A DNA stretch of 64,000 nucleotides from Actinomycetota bacterium (GTDB lineage: Bacteria > Margulisbacteria > Marinamargulisbacteria > GCA-2716485 > GCA-002719695), in NCBI GenBank assembly GCA_002697535.1, contig NZWE01000008.1, positions 5,796-69,795 of the forward strand. The letters are read 5' to 3'. Under the pieces are notes generated by a model, which was not told the origin of the DNA, did no database searches, and saw nothing but the letters and a program-made list of their open reading frames with translations. Below, piece after piece: positions 27,399 through 37,761 of this stretch. Every line of letters starts with the position of its first letter. Position 1 is the first letter of the stretch. The translations under genes were made by a program, and so were the position numbers.

Positions 27399-27806
27399 AT
27401 GTTAATAAAGTACAGAAAAAAAAATATTACTAATGTTGAGTTAGCGCCATTAATTGATATTGTATTTATCCTGCTCATCTTTTTTGCCGTTAGCTCTAGT
27501 TTAATTTCAAATAACCAATCTATTCCCCTTGATCTTCCCACAGCATCTAGTAGTGAAACTAATGCTCCTGATATTATTATTTCTGTCAAAAAAAATCGAG
27601 ACATTTATATTGATTCTCAAAAAATTAGTTTTGCACAAATCCCCCCACTCATTATTCAAGCTATGTCTCAAAACCCAACTACTCAAATTATTATTAATGC
27701 TGATAAAAAGTTAGATTATGGATTTATTATATCGTTACTGGATAAAATTAGATTATCAGGATGCTCTAATATAGCGCTACAGGTTGAAAAAAAGATCTAT
27801 AAATAA
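27399..27806 (+). CDS. ExbD/TolR biopolymer transport protein
   Basis: 135 aa. The N-terminal TM helix carries the conserved Asp (LAPLIDIVFILLIFF), followed by a periplasmic domain. Confidence 0.85.
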   Translation: MLIKYRKKNITNVELAPLIDIVFILLIFFAVSSSLISNNQSIPLDLPTASSSETNAPDIIISVKKNRDIYIDSQKISFAQIPPLIIQAMSQNPTTQIIINADKKLDYGFIISLLDKIRLSGCSNIALQVEKKIYK

Positions 27807-27814
27807 TATCTAGT

Positions 27815-28333
27815 ATGCTAAATGACCATAAAATAAATCGTATTTCTTTATTTTTTAGTATTATTATCCATGTTGGCTTAGTGATCTTTTCTTTAATTAT
27901 GCTTTCTAATCCTATTGAAATTTCCCATGATCTACCTCCTGTTCCCATTGAATTTTCAATAAAAGAAATCATTATTCAAAAAACGATATCAAAACCTACT
28001 ATACAAAAACCGCCACCCATCACCAAACCATCTAAAGCGCCTCCCGCTAAATCGAACGATGATCGCCAAAAACCTTTGCTAGAATCACATAAAGATCCTT
28101 ATTATCCTAAAGAAGCTATTAACTTCTCTTTGGAAGGTACTGTTGTTGTTAATGTACTAGTAAATACCCAAGGACGTGTATCTGATGTTACGATTGTTAA
28201 GAGTTCTGGCCATACTATCCTTGATGAATCTTTTATATCAACGATAAAATCTACTTATATATTTAAACCTAAACACATTGATGGAGTTAATGTGATTGAT
28301 ACCGTTACTCTATCACATACATTTAGCTTATGA
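27815..28333 (+). CDS. TonB/TolA-like energy transducer (TonB_C domain)
   Basis: N-terminal TM helix, proline/lysine-rich spacer (KPPPITKPSKAPPAK), and a C-terminal domain YPKEAINFSLEGTVVVNVLVNTQGRVSDVTIVKSSGHTILDES. Confidence 0.75.
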   Translation: MLNDHKINRISLFFSIIIHVGLVIFSLIMLSNPIEISHDLPPVPIEFSIKEIIIQKTISKPTIQKPPPITKPSKAPPAKSNDDRQKPLLESHKDPYYPKEAINFSLEGTVVVNVLVNTQGRVSDVTIVKSSGHTILDESFISTIKSTYIFKPKHIDGVNVIDTVTLSHTFSL

Positions 28334-30288
28334 AATTAAAATACTTTATTATATTTTTTATCACGCTATTTTCAACGTCCTCTTTAGGAGATATATCAAC
28401 GTTATCGATTCATAATGAATTTATTAAAGCTGTTGTTAATAATAAGGATGCAAAAGGTCGTTTTTCACTTGAAACAACATTAGGAAATCCTGATAATAAT
28501 AATGATGATTATAAAGATCTTATTTATGGCAAACCTGTTCCTTGGACATCTTATACAACACTGTTAATTGATAACAATCCTTTTATTTTTGGTAATACTG
28601 ATAAACGACTTCAAAAACGTACTAAAACTAATTTTAATTACGCGCCCTTATATGAACAATTTGTTTCAAATAACAGTATTATCTCCTCTTCTATAATTAA
28701 AGATTTTGATATATCTCAAAAAATAGGATTTTATCGTAATCCTAATACTAATATTAGTGATTCAATATTTATTGAGTACCATGTTACTAATACATCTGAA
28801 GAAACTCACTATTTTGGTTTACGAATTATGCTTGATACGAAACTAGGTAAAAATGATGGAGCTCCATTTCGTATGGGTCGTGATCAGATTCAAAGTGAAA
28901 TACAATTATCTAAAAAAGACTTATATGCCTATTGGCAAGCGTTTGATAGTTTATCCAATCCTAATATTATTTCTCAAGGTTTATTAACTGACTCTTCTAA
29001 ATCATTAACACCCCCTGACTCAATCCATCTTGCAAATTGGGGTTCTCTAGTCGATCAACCATGGAATGCAGCTTATGAACAAGACCGCTCTTTCATTCGT
29101 AAAGGTGAAGATCAAAAAGATACAGCACTGGCACTCACCTTTAATTCAAAACCCATCAAACCTAATCAAACTAAAATTTTTAAAACGGTTTACGGGCTTG
29201 GTGGCATTGCTATTTCTTCAGGTGAGCTTAGTTTAGGTCTTACAGCCCCAAAATCATTACTACAAACACATGATTCTCCTATTCTAATTATTGCCTACCT
29301 ACTTAATACAGGAGGCTATGATGCCTATAATGTATCCGCTTCATTTACATTGCCCAAAGATGCTGAAATTGTTAAAGGTAATCTCAATGAATCGCTTCCT
29401 ATCTTGCAAAAAGGACACCAAAAACAATTCCCATTATTAATAAAATTCAAAAAAAGACTTACGTCTGATGTCTCACTTTCATTTTCAGTTAAATCTAGCA
29501 CCTTTAAATCTAATTCGATTCGTCATTTAATTGATATTATTGATCCGCCCAAACTAACGCTTACCATGCCCAAAAAAATTATAATCCCACCTAATAATCC
29601 TTATATCACTATCTCTCCTACGATTCACAACCATACATCTATTCCTATTAACACTATCAATGCGTTTATATCAGACGTTTCAGAATCAGCTCTCCCAGCT
29701 TTTGAATACCCTGCTAAGATGATCCAGGAATTATCTCCCTACTCTTCCACATCTTTATCATGGTCTATTGATACATCCAAGCTACAATTCCCTTTTTCTT
29801 TTTACATATCAGCTACGTCTGAACATGCTGTTAATGCGTCCCAACCTATTTTTCTTTATCAAAGCTCGTCTGAATCATCGGAGCCTTTGAGTGTTCACTC
29901 TAAATCTCAAGCAGAGGTCCCTTATTACCTAACTCTTAAACTTGAGAATATATCTCCTAAAGATACTCATCAATTTATTATTAATCATCCAAAAAAATCA
30001 GCTACATTTATTCATTATGCGTCTTCCAATCAAGTTAATATGCCTCTTCGTTATAAAAAGTCTGCTGGGGATGTTCTCTTTCAACCCTCGATATTAATGG
30101 ATGATTATATATATTTTAACTACTATGTTACGGATGATAGTACATTAAACTTTATTTTATCTGAGACAACGATGCAGTCAAAGAATGAGGCTACTGAATT
30201 ACCCAATATACGTTCTGTCATTCAAACTTTAGATTTAACCGTTCCATCAAAAAATGCTATAGTTAGTGCTAACTATCGAAAGGAGTAA
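28330..30288 (+). CDS. hypothetical secreted protein (652 aa)
   Basis: Signal peptide (FIIFFITLFSTSSLG), beta-rich S/T/N-rich sequence, no named motif. ATG overlaps the tonB-like stop (ATGA). Confidence 0.6.
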   Translation: MKLKYFIIFFITLFSTSSLGDISTLSIHNEFIKAVVNNKDAKGRFSLETTLGNPDNNNDDYKDLIYGKPVPWTSYTTLLIDNNPFIFGNTDKRLQKRTKTNFNYAPLYEQFVSNNSIISSSIIKDFDISQKIGFYRNPNTNISDSIFIEYHVTNTSEETHYFGLRIMLDTKLGKNDGAPFRMGRDQIQSEIQLSKKDLYAYWQAFDSLSNPNIISQGLLTDSSKSLTPPDSIHLANWGSLVDQPWNAAYEQDRSFIRKGEDQKDTALALTFNSKPIKPNQTKIFKTVYGLGGIAISSGELSLGLTAPKSLLQTHDSPILIIAYLLNTGGYDAYNVSASFTLPKDAEIVKGNLNESLPILQKGHQKQFPLLIKFKKRLTSDVSLSFSVKSSTFKSNSIRHLIDIIDPPKLTLTMPKKIIIPPNNPYITISPTIHNHTSIPINTINAFISDVSESALPAFEYPAKMIQELSPYSSTSLSWSIDTSKLQFPFSFYISATSEHAVNASQPIFLYQSSSESSEPLSVHSKSQAEVPYYLTLKLENISPKDTHQFIINHPKKSATFIHYASSNQVNMPLRYKKSAGDVLFQPSILMDDYIYFNYYVTDDSTLNFILSETTMQSKNEATELPNIRSVIQTLDLTVPSKNAIVSANYRKE

Positions 30289-30291
30289 TCT

Positions 30292-30780
30292 ATGAAAGTG
30301 CATCAGTTTGTATCGTTAATCTTATTACTCGTTTACCCCTCCCTCCTTATAGCGCAACCGATACAAGATATTAGTAGTGATGATCCTCATCATAGTATTA
30401 TTAAACAAGCTATTAATAATGGTTATTTATCTCTTTATAATGATAATTCTTTTAAACCTAACACCCCCTTATCAAGACGTGATGCCGTTATGATTATTCA
30501 TGAACTTGACAAAAAATTGTCAAATAATGTTAATCACTTAAAGGCTAATGATTTTCAAGAACTTACTGCCTTATCAAAATCATTTAAACAGCTCTATAAT
30601 TCAACTAACAACTCTTTAATATCGGTTCAAAATGATAATAAAATGTTGCGATATGAACACAAATTACTACTACATCAAATAACGGCACTACAACAATCTC
30701 AAAATAAGTACAAAAAAGAACGAAAGTTGCTTTTTGGGCTTATTGCCTTTTCGACACTTATTGGATTTCTATATCCATGA
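30292..30780 (+). CDS. SLH-domain / coiled-coil protein with a C-terminal hydrophobic anchor
   Basis: Signal peptide, then DDPHHSIIKQAINNGYLSLYNDNSFKPNTPLSRRDAVMIIHEL, which fits the S-layer-homology consensus (D..HWA...I.....G.....DG.F.P...ITR.E.A). A heptad-like region follows, and the protein ends in LLFGLIAFSTLIGFLYP. Confidence 0.6.
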   Translation: MKVHQFVSLILLLVYPSLLIAQPIQDISSDDPHHSIIKQAINNGYLSLYNDNSFKPNTPLSRRDAVMIIHELDKKLSNNVNHLKANDFQELTALSKSFKQLYNSTNNSLISVQNDNKMLRYEHKLLLHQITALQQSQNKYKKERKLLFGLIAFSTLIGFLYP

Positions 30781-31508
30781 TTGCACAATCCATACAATCT
30801 CAATTTTCTAACACGATATCTCAAAATTTATTTGCACACTCCTATTTATTTTATGGTATTAACGCTCTTGATTTAACTGATCTTTGTATTGGATTAATCA
30901 AAGATTATCTCAATCATCATCATGACTTCTCTTTACAGCCTGATGCCCCCCTCCCTCTTCATCCTGATATTCTCTTTCTAGAAACTGAATCATCTATCAA
31001 AATTGATCATATTAAACAGATACAAGATAAAATTAAATATGGCCCTTACCAACTGAACTATTTTTTTGTCGTTATTCCTAACTGCGACCTCTGTAGTCTT
31101 CAAGCGGCCAATGCTTTCTTAAAGACACTTGAGGAACCTATTGATAAGGTTGTTTTCTTTCTTACATCAGCTCATTTTCAATCTATTCTACCAACCATTC
31201 GCTCTCGATCGCTATGTGTTTATACACCCACTAGCTCCACTCATCATCTTGATGATGAGTTTCTCTCCTTTCATTCATTTCAATCTATGGATCTTAATAC
31301 TCGACTTAATTCCTGTATGGATCTGGCTAGTAATAAAACGCAACTTATTACTCAACTTCATAACTGGCTAACTGAATTAAATGATTATTCCATCGCTAAA
31401 AACACATCCAATCATATCTTAATTTTTAATCTACTAGAAACTCTTCAATATAACGTTAATGTTCGCTTGCAACTAGAAAATTTTAGTATTCAGCTACCTT
31501 TTGATTAG
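30777..31508 (+). CDS. holB: DNA polymerase III delta' subunit (short form)
   Basis: AHSYLFYG and the clamp-loader box ANAFLKTLEEP, plus the SRC-type motif TIRSRS. At 243 aa it is shorter than typical HolB. Confidence 0.7.
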   Translation: MIAQSIQSQFSNTISQNLFAHSYLFYGINALDLTDLCIGLIKDYLNHHHDFSLQPDAPLPLHPDILFLETESSIKIDHIKQIQDKIKYGPYQLNYFFVVIPNCDLCSLQAANAFLKTLEEPIDKVVFFLTSAHFQSILPTIRSRSLCVYTPTSSTHHLDDEFLSFHSFQSMDLNTRLNSCMDLASNKTQLITQLHNWLTELNDYSIAKNTSNHILIFNLLETLQYNVNVRLQLENFSIQLPFD

Positions 31509-31585
31509 ATCTCTTAGCTTTTATGTTAATCAATGTTACACTATTGAGATTAATGATAAAATAAACATCATTTGGAGTGTGTATT

Positions 31586-31783
31586 ATGGTTTTACAAGAA
31601 AGACGTGATGGGGAAACAATCGATTCCTTACTAAAAAAATTCAAGCGTGGTGTTAAACGTGAAGGCATCTTACCACGATTAAGAGAGAAGGAGTTTTTTG
31701 AAAAGCCTTCTGATAAAAAGAAACGTGATAAAAAAGCAGCTTCTAGACGTAATAAAATACAACAAAAGGCTGATGAACTTTAG
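31586..31783 (+). CDS. rpsU: 30S ribosomal protein S21
   Basis: ETIDSLLKKFKRGVKREGIL ... EKPSDKKKR, typical of S21. Start set at the ATG at 31586, which has GGAG 8 nt upstream (the track start is a GTG at 31577). Confidence 0.85.
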   Translation: MVLQERRDGETIDSLLKKFKRGVKREGILPRLREKEFFEKPSDKKKRDKKAASRRNKIQQKADEL

Positions 31784-31803
31784 TTTCTTTTTTCTATGAT
31801 TTT

Positions 31804-32919
31804 ATGCTTAAAAAAGGGGTTTTAAAATTCATCCATTTACGAATATTAGATAAATATCTAATTCGGGAATTTTTTTACCCTTTTTTATTAGCTCTTTTTG
31901 GCTTTGCGATTATTGGTATTGTTGACATTTTATTTTATGTTGTTGAACTCTCTGTGTTATCGGGTGTTTCGCTTATAACTACGATTAAATTACTTCTTTA
32001 TAAACTTCCGGCTGTTATGGTTTTATTTTTTCCTATGGCTACCCTATTTGCTTGTATGCTTTTATTTGTTCGTATGGCAAAAGATAATGAATTAAGTGTT
32101 CTTAGAACATCAGGTATTCATGCGGCTCGTATTATTTTTCCTGTGATTATCATTGGTATTATCATTAGTTATTTTTCATATATGTTTAATGAAGCTATTG
32201 TACCGATGTCAAATCAAGCCGCTGATACTTTAATTAAGCGTGAGTTACGCCGATCTCCACCTCCTAATATTGCTGAAAATACGGTTTTTAATGATTCTGA
32301 TCGATTTTTTTATATAAAAACCATTCGTAATGATTCGATGGAAAATATTATGGTTATAGAAAAAACATTTCAAAACCCACGCTTAATTATTGCTAAGGAA
32401 GGATCATGGAAAGATTTTAAATGGACACTATTTGATGGAACCCTTCAAGAATTTGATGAAAATGGCCATTTAAAATATTCAAACAAATTTGACGAAATGA
32501 GAATTCATGTTCAACAAAATATTCGATCTTATTATTCACGTCAAAAAAAGGCCAAAGAAATGGATTCTAATGAATTAAAAGAAAAAATTGATCGGTTAGA
32601 TGAAAGTGGTTTAAGTTCAAACTATTATCAAATTGAATATCATCTTAAAAAAAGTTTGCCAACCACATGTTTAATCTTTGTATTACTGGGGATTGCCTAT
32701 TGTTTTAGTTTTGTACGTACAGGAAAAGACTGGTGGGGTGTTATAATTGCTATATGTGTTTCTGTTTTAACGGTTGGTTTATATTTTGTTTTGTTAGCTA
32801 TATCCCGAGCTTTTGCAAAAGGTGGGTTCATTTCCCCCATTGTTGGCGCGTGGTCTCCTAATCTTATTTATGGCACAATTGCAAGCTATCTAATTTATTA
32901 TCAATGCAAGTACAGGTAA
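31804..32919 (+). CDS. LPS export ABC permease, LptF/LptG (YjgP/YjgQ) family
   Basis: ILDKYLIREFFYPFLLALFGFAIIGIVD at the N-terminus, a central periplasmic beta-jellyroll region and C-terminal TM helices. Confidence 0.8.
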   Translation: MLKKGVLKFIHLRILDKYLIREFFYPFLLALFGFAIIGIVDILFYVVELSVLSGVSLITTIKLLLYKLPAVMVLFFPMATLFACMLLFVRMAKDNELSVLRTSGIHAARIIFPVIIIGIIISYFSYMFNEAIVPMSNQAADTLIKRELRRSPPPNIAENTVFNDSDRFFYIKTIRNDSMENIMVIEKTFQNPRLIIAKEGSWKDFKWTLFDGTLQEFDENGHLKYSNKFDEMRIHVQQNIRSYYSRQKKAKEMDSNELKEKIDRLDESGLSSNYYQIEYHLKKSLPTTCLIFVLLGIAYCFSFVRTGKDWWGVIIAICVSVLTVGLYFVLLAISRAFAKGGFISPIVGAWSPNLIYGTIASYLIYYQCKYR

Positions 32920-35273
32920 GAAAGGAATCTACACTACCGTTTATCCTTAACCTTGTAAAACGCAAGCAATATTTAGAAGCTCTTGATCGCTATAAAGCAT
33001 ACTTAACTCATCATCCTGATCATTTAGCACTCATTTTAATTGATCTATATAAAACACTTTATCAAGATCTTAACGATATTAATATTAGGCTCATTATTTC
33101 AGAATTATATATTAAATATCATTATTTTTCTGATGCTTGTATTGAGCTTGAAGAAATGTTTGAAATTAATCCCAATTTTTCTCAAACTTACTTTTTGTTA
33201 AGTAAAGTTTATACTCAAAATATGGAAATAGATACTGTTTGTCGCTTATTTGAAGAAGCCTTTCAATCTGGTATTCGTGATTCTGTTATTCTTGATTTTT
33301 TACCAAAAATTTATCTTGATACAAATGATATCTTTAAAGCAATTTCATTTTATGAATCTCTTCTAGAAGAAAAGGATTGCCTTCCTCATCAAAATAAAGT
33401 TTTAGCAGAACTTTATAAACGTGTCGGTAAATATGAAAAATGTGTTTGTATTTATCAAGATCTTGTTAAATCTGACCCTCAATTTTTAAAAGATGCCTGT
33501 TTATTACTAGAAAATATTTTAGTGTCTCATGCTAACTTACATTTTGTTAGAGAAGCGCTCCTTCATTTTTATATTACTTCTTGTGAACCTGATCAAGCCA
33601 TTGAGCATCTTACTTTTTTATGTTCATCGGCTGATTTTTCTCTTCAAAAATCTCAACCTATCTTTTTGAAAGTTATTGAAATTTACCCTTCACATATTCC
33701 AACACTGTTACTTTATTGTGAATGCTTAATTAAGGAAGAATCCATTACTGATGCTATTCCTCTTTTATCTGAATTGGCTACTTATAATCAAGATACGTTT
33801 ATTGAAACCGCTATTAATCTTATTCGTGAATCAAATCCAAATCATTTTGGATTTAATTTATTTTTAATTAATCGATTTATTACTCTTAACAACTATCAAG
33901 CTGCTCTTGATATTATTTCTACTTTAATTGAATCTCATTATACTCATGATATTTTTGATGATTTAAAATCATCTTGTCTTCAAATTTGGGATTCTGAAAC
34001 ATCAACCATTAAAATTCAAGCTAGCTATAATCTCGCTTTAATCTTATTTCATGAAGAAAAGCTTATTGACTCTATTAACTACTGTAATAACTGCGGAGAT
34101 GATCATCTTGATGCGATATGCTTAAAAATCTCTATTTTAATCAAACAAGATAATCTGATTGAAGCTAAAAAACTTGCTCTTCATCATCTTAACCAACATA
34201 TCAATTCAAAAAAATTACATGAGTTAATGTACCTTATTCACCAAAAGAATACAGCCTTACAACATGCTCAAACATCTATCCATTCTTTTAATTCTATTAT
34301 CAGTGATTTATCTTTAGGTAATACACACGAGGCTATTGATACGATCCAGCAAATTGATTCTGATCATTTTGATTATAATATTGCTCAACTTCTATTAATC
34401 CGTTGCTTTTATACTGAACAAAAGATTGATCATTCGCTCAATATACTTAATCAACTATCCCCTTACCTACGTGAAAAGGTTCCTGACCTTTATATTGATT
34501 CCCTTTTCTTAACAGCCATTTGCTTATATACATTAGGCCACTTTGAAGATGCCTCTAATATGCTTAATCAAATTGAAGAAATTAATATATCTCATTCTTT
34601 TACAAAATCCATGAAACAATATTTATATCGTATACCCTTTTCACAACATAAAGGGTTTGCTATTACAGGATTAATCAATGTTTGGAATAATTCTATTACT
34701 TATACAGCCATTCAGAATCCCGAAGAAGCCTTATCATCAAAAACGACACAATCAACAATTAGTTTTGGACTTAATCATAATGAAAAAGCATGTTTATATA
34801 TGATCAGAAAAAATTATAATAGTGCGCATTCTGAATTTAATTTATCATTACAACTTGATCCCTCCTTAACTATTTCTTATTGTAATTATTCCTTATATTT
34901 TACAGAAACTAACTCTTATGAAGAGGCTTCTTCTTCTATTGATAAAGCCAAAGAATCTAATAAAAATTTGGATATTATTTTTATCAATGAAGGTCTGTTA
35001 TATTATAAACAAGGCAAGCTTCAAGATGCGCTTATTTCTTTTCAGGAAGCCATTCGACTTAATCCAAAAAATTTACATGCTCAGTTTAATTTAGCTATGA
35101 TTTACTTTTTAAATAATAATATCGAATTATGTTTTCAATACCTTAAATCGCTATTACCTTATGGCTTATTATTTATTCCTATTCATCAATTTCTACATTA
35201 TTTAGAAGATGATCCGTTTATTATATCCCATTGGATTTCTCCTCAAAAGAATTATGATGTCTCTATTTTATAA
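32904..35273 (+). CDS. TPR-repeat protein
   Basis: Repeated 34-aa TPR-like units, for example ALISFQEAIRLNPKNLHAQFNLAMIYF. Translationally overlaps both neighbours. Confidence 0.6.
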   Translation: MQVQVRKESTLPFILNLVKRKQYLEALDRYKAYLTHHPDHLALILIDLYKTLYQDLNDINIRLIISELYIKYHYFSDACIELEEMFEINPNFSQTYFLLSKVYTQNMEIDTVCRLFEEAFQSGIRDSVILDFLPKIYLDTNDIFKAISFYESLLEEKDCLPHQNKVLAELYKRVGKYEKCVCIYQDLVKSDPQFLKDACLLLENILVSHANLHFVREALLHFYITSCEPDQAIEHLTFLCSSADFSLQKSQPIFLKVIEIYPSHIPTLLLYCECLIKEESITDAIPLLSELATYNQDTFIETAINLIRESNPNHFGFNLFLINRFITLNNYQAALDIISTLIESHYTHDIFDDLKSSCLQIWDSETSTIKIQASYNLALILFHEEKLIDSINYCNNCGDDHLDAICLKISILIKQDNLIEAKKLALHHLNQHINSKKLHELMYLIHQKNTALQHAQTSIHSFNSIISDLSLGNTHEAIDTIQQIDSDHFDYNIAQLLLIRCFYTEQKIDHSLNILNQLSPYLREKVPDLYIDSLFLTAICLYTLGHFEDASNMLNQIEEINISHSFTKSMKQYLYRIPFSQHKGFAITGLINVWNNSITYTAIQNPEEALSSKTTQSTISFGLNHNEKACLYMIRKNYNSAHSEFNLSLQLDPSLTISYCNYSLYFTETNSYEEASSSIDKAKESNKNLDIIFINEGLLYYKQGKLQDALISFQEAIRLNPKNLHAQFNLAMIYFLNNNIELCFQYLKSLLPYGLLFIPIHQFLHYLEDDPFIISHWISPQKNYDVSIL

Positions 35274-37761
35274 AATTAGTATTCTTTTATTATTATGCAG
35301 CGTTTCTTGCTTAGGTCGTTCGATGACGTTAGTTAGCGACTCTCTTGTTTTTGACGATTATCTTAGACGTGTTGATGCAACTGGTAATGTTCGTTTAATT
35401 CTTGATGAGGCCACTATCATGGGTGATCATTTAATGTTTTATGTTGATGATAATATGGTTATTAGCTCAGGTAACGTATTGATTAAACGTAAGGATAATG
35501 AATTTAATTCAAGTTCTCTTATTATTAACTTAGATGAAAAAAAATTACATTTAAATGATATTAAAATTGGTATTACCCCCTTTGGACAAAAGGGGAAAAT
35601 TTATATCACTATTAAAAAACTTATTGATACCCAGCAACGTAAAAAGGGTTATTTTGCTCGTTTTACAACCTGTAATGCTATTAAACCTCATTACTACCTT
35701 TCGAGTTGGCGTTTTCTATATTACCCTGACAAAAGCATTCATTTATTTGCTTCTCATTTTCGAAATGATTTATCATTTTTTCCTTTTAATATTATTCCCT
35801 TCCCTGTTCCTTTAATAGAATGGATCCCTATTCCTTACTATTACTATCAACTAGGGAAACGAAAAATAGTATTAAATTTTCCGACTATTGGGGAGAAAAA
35901 AAATTCGGGTTGGGGTTTATTTGTTCAGAATAAACTTGATTATCGTTATCATAATGATAAAGAATCATCATTATTTTTAGATTGGTACCAGGCTAAAGGA
36001 AATCGATCAGGAGAATGGGGGTATGGTCTCCATCATTATTATGGCAATAATTCAATTAATGGCGATATATACTTCTATAATTATGATTACAAGCTGGGTA
36101 ATGATAATAAAAAAAACCTTACGTATAAACTGAATCAAGAACTTTCTTTTAAAGATACCACACTGAAAGCGAGTTATTCATTAGTTGATGTAGATGAACG
36201 TATTAATTCTACGGGATCGTCTCATTCTATTAATAAATCTGTTTCATTGGACCATTCTCCTAACTCGTTTCCTTTATCAACATCCTATAAAGAAAATCGT
36301 AATATTTCTAACCAGTTTCAATCACAAAATTTTATCTTTAAAAAAGATTCTTTGCATCAAAACTCCTCTTTCTCATTAGATAAAAAACATTACGCTAGTA
36401 CCAATCGTTATACGACTCAATCTAAGCTCTCTCATTCTATTACCTTTCCTTTTAATATTAACATCAAACAGGACTTTAATTTTAAGGAGTATGACTATCG
36501 TGATACAGAAAGCTCTCCGGAACAAACATTAACATATGCCTCTTCACTATCAACAACATTACCACATAATATTGCGATGTCTGTTCAGATGAATTATTTA
36601 TATGATTTAGATCAAGATAGTGTTACAAGTGATATTAAAAGTGGAGTTAATAACTATTTATATAAACTTCCTGAAATTAAATTTTCTCAAAATCAGACAT
36701 TCTTTAAATCAAAACCTATTTATACCTTTCAAACCAATTCTATCGCTAGTCTTGGTAACTATCGTGAAGTTCGTTATTTTGCTGATGATCCTGATTATTC
36801 CTTGCCAGAAACCCTTAATGTTCTTGAACCCAATATGTATTTTTTCCGTCAAAAGTTTTCTAAATCTGTTGCGTCCTTACCTGCATCATCTAAATTAACG
36901 TTTAGTTCAACTTATGAGCAATATATTTTTAAAAATGAACATAAATCTCTTTTTGAAGGAGATGCTCAATATAGTTTAAATTATAATATTGCCTTAACTT
37001 CAACATTTTTATCCTTTATAAAACATTCTTCATCTTATTCAAGACAACATGGGCATAAAGATAATAACTCTCCTTTTTATGCATTTAAAAAATCTTTGTC
37101 TGAAAGTAATCGTTTAACCGAAAAAATTACGTTGTTTTATAATAAGAAACGATCGATATTATTTCCTTTTACACTTGATTTTAACTGGGATCATAGCACC
37201 TCTTATAACTGGCTATTATCCTCAAATCCTTACTCTAATTATGTCTCAAAACTTACGATGTCACTTAACAAAGTTTATAAACTGACGGCACAATCATCTA
37301 AAAATCTTAATAGATCTTGGAAAAAAGATAATAATTTATTTACGCCGTTAATGCTTACATTAAGTGGTAAAACAAAAGATAAACTTAATTTTAATTATTC
37401 CTTACACTTAAACATGAATGATCTTGTTTTTGATCAAACCTATATTGTTAATAACTCTGATTTTAATTTTAATTTTCCTCTTGGTAAAAACCCTGATTTC
37501 CAATGGAAACTTAAAGGATATTTTAAATATATTGAGCCAGGAAAAGCATTGCAGCTAAAGCATTATCAATTTCAAAAATTTTCTATTATTAAGGATGAAC
37601 ATGAAAGACAAATTGAAATTGGGTATAATAAAACTATTAAAGAATTCTTTTTTAAATTTCATTTTAAAATGTTTTCAAAAGATCCATTGATTATACGTAA
37701 AACTAATAATGTTGTAAAATTTGAGGGTCGTCTTAATAAAAAATCACAAGAAAGGTTTTAA
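35254..37761 (+). CDS. LPS-assembly outer-membrane protein, LptD/OstA-like
   Basis: Signal peptide, then an OstA-like N-domain (DATGNVRLILDEATIMGDHLMFY ... SSGNVLIKRKDNEF) and a long Y/N/S-rich beta-barrel-like region. Start set at the ATGATG at 35254. Confidence 0.55.
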   Translation: MMSLFYKISILLLLCSVSCLGRSMTLVSDSLVFDDYLRRVDATGNVRLILDEATIMGDHLMFYVDDNMVISSGNVLIKRKDNEFNSSSLIINLDEKKLHLNDIKIGITPFGQKGKIYITIKKLIDTQQRKKGYFARFTTCNAIKPHYYLSSWRFLYYPDKSIHLFASHFRNDLSFFPFNIIPFPVPLIEWIPIPYYYYQLGKRKIVLNFPTIGEKKNSGWGLFVQNKLDYRYHNDKESSLFLDWYQAKGNRSGEWGYGLHHYYGNNSINGDIYFYNYDYKLGNDNKKNLTYKLNQELSFKDTTLKASYSLVDVDERINSTGSSHSINKSVSLDHSPNSFPLSTSYKENRNISNQFQSQNFIFKKDSLHQNSSFSLDKKHYASTNRYTTQSKLSHSITFPFNINIKQDFNFKEYDYRDTESSPEQTLTYASSLSTTLPHNIAMSVQMNYLYDLDQDSVTSDIKSGVNNYLYKLPEIKFSQNQTFFKSKPIYTFQTNSIASLGNYREVRYFADDPDYSLPETLNVLEPNMYFFRQKFSKSVASLPASSKLTFSSTYEQYIFKNEHKSLFEGDAQYSLNYNIALTSTFLSFIKHSSSYSRQHGHKDNNSPFYAFKKSLSESNRLTEKITLFYNKKRSILFPFTLDFNWDHSTSYNWLLSSNPYSNYVSKLTMSLNKVYKLTAQSSKNLNRSWKKDNNLFTPLMLTLSGKTKDKLNFNYSLHLNMNDLVFDQTYIVNNSDFNFNFPLGKNPDFQWKLKGYFKYIEPGKALQLKHYQFQKFSIIKDEHERQIEIGYNKTIKEFFFKFHFKMFSKDPLIIRKTNNVVKFEGRLNKKSQERF

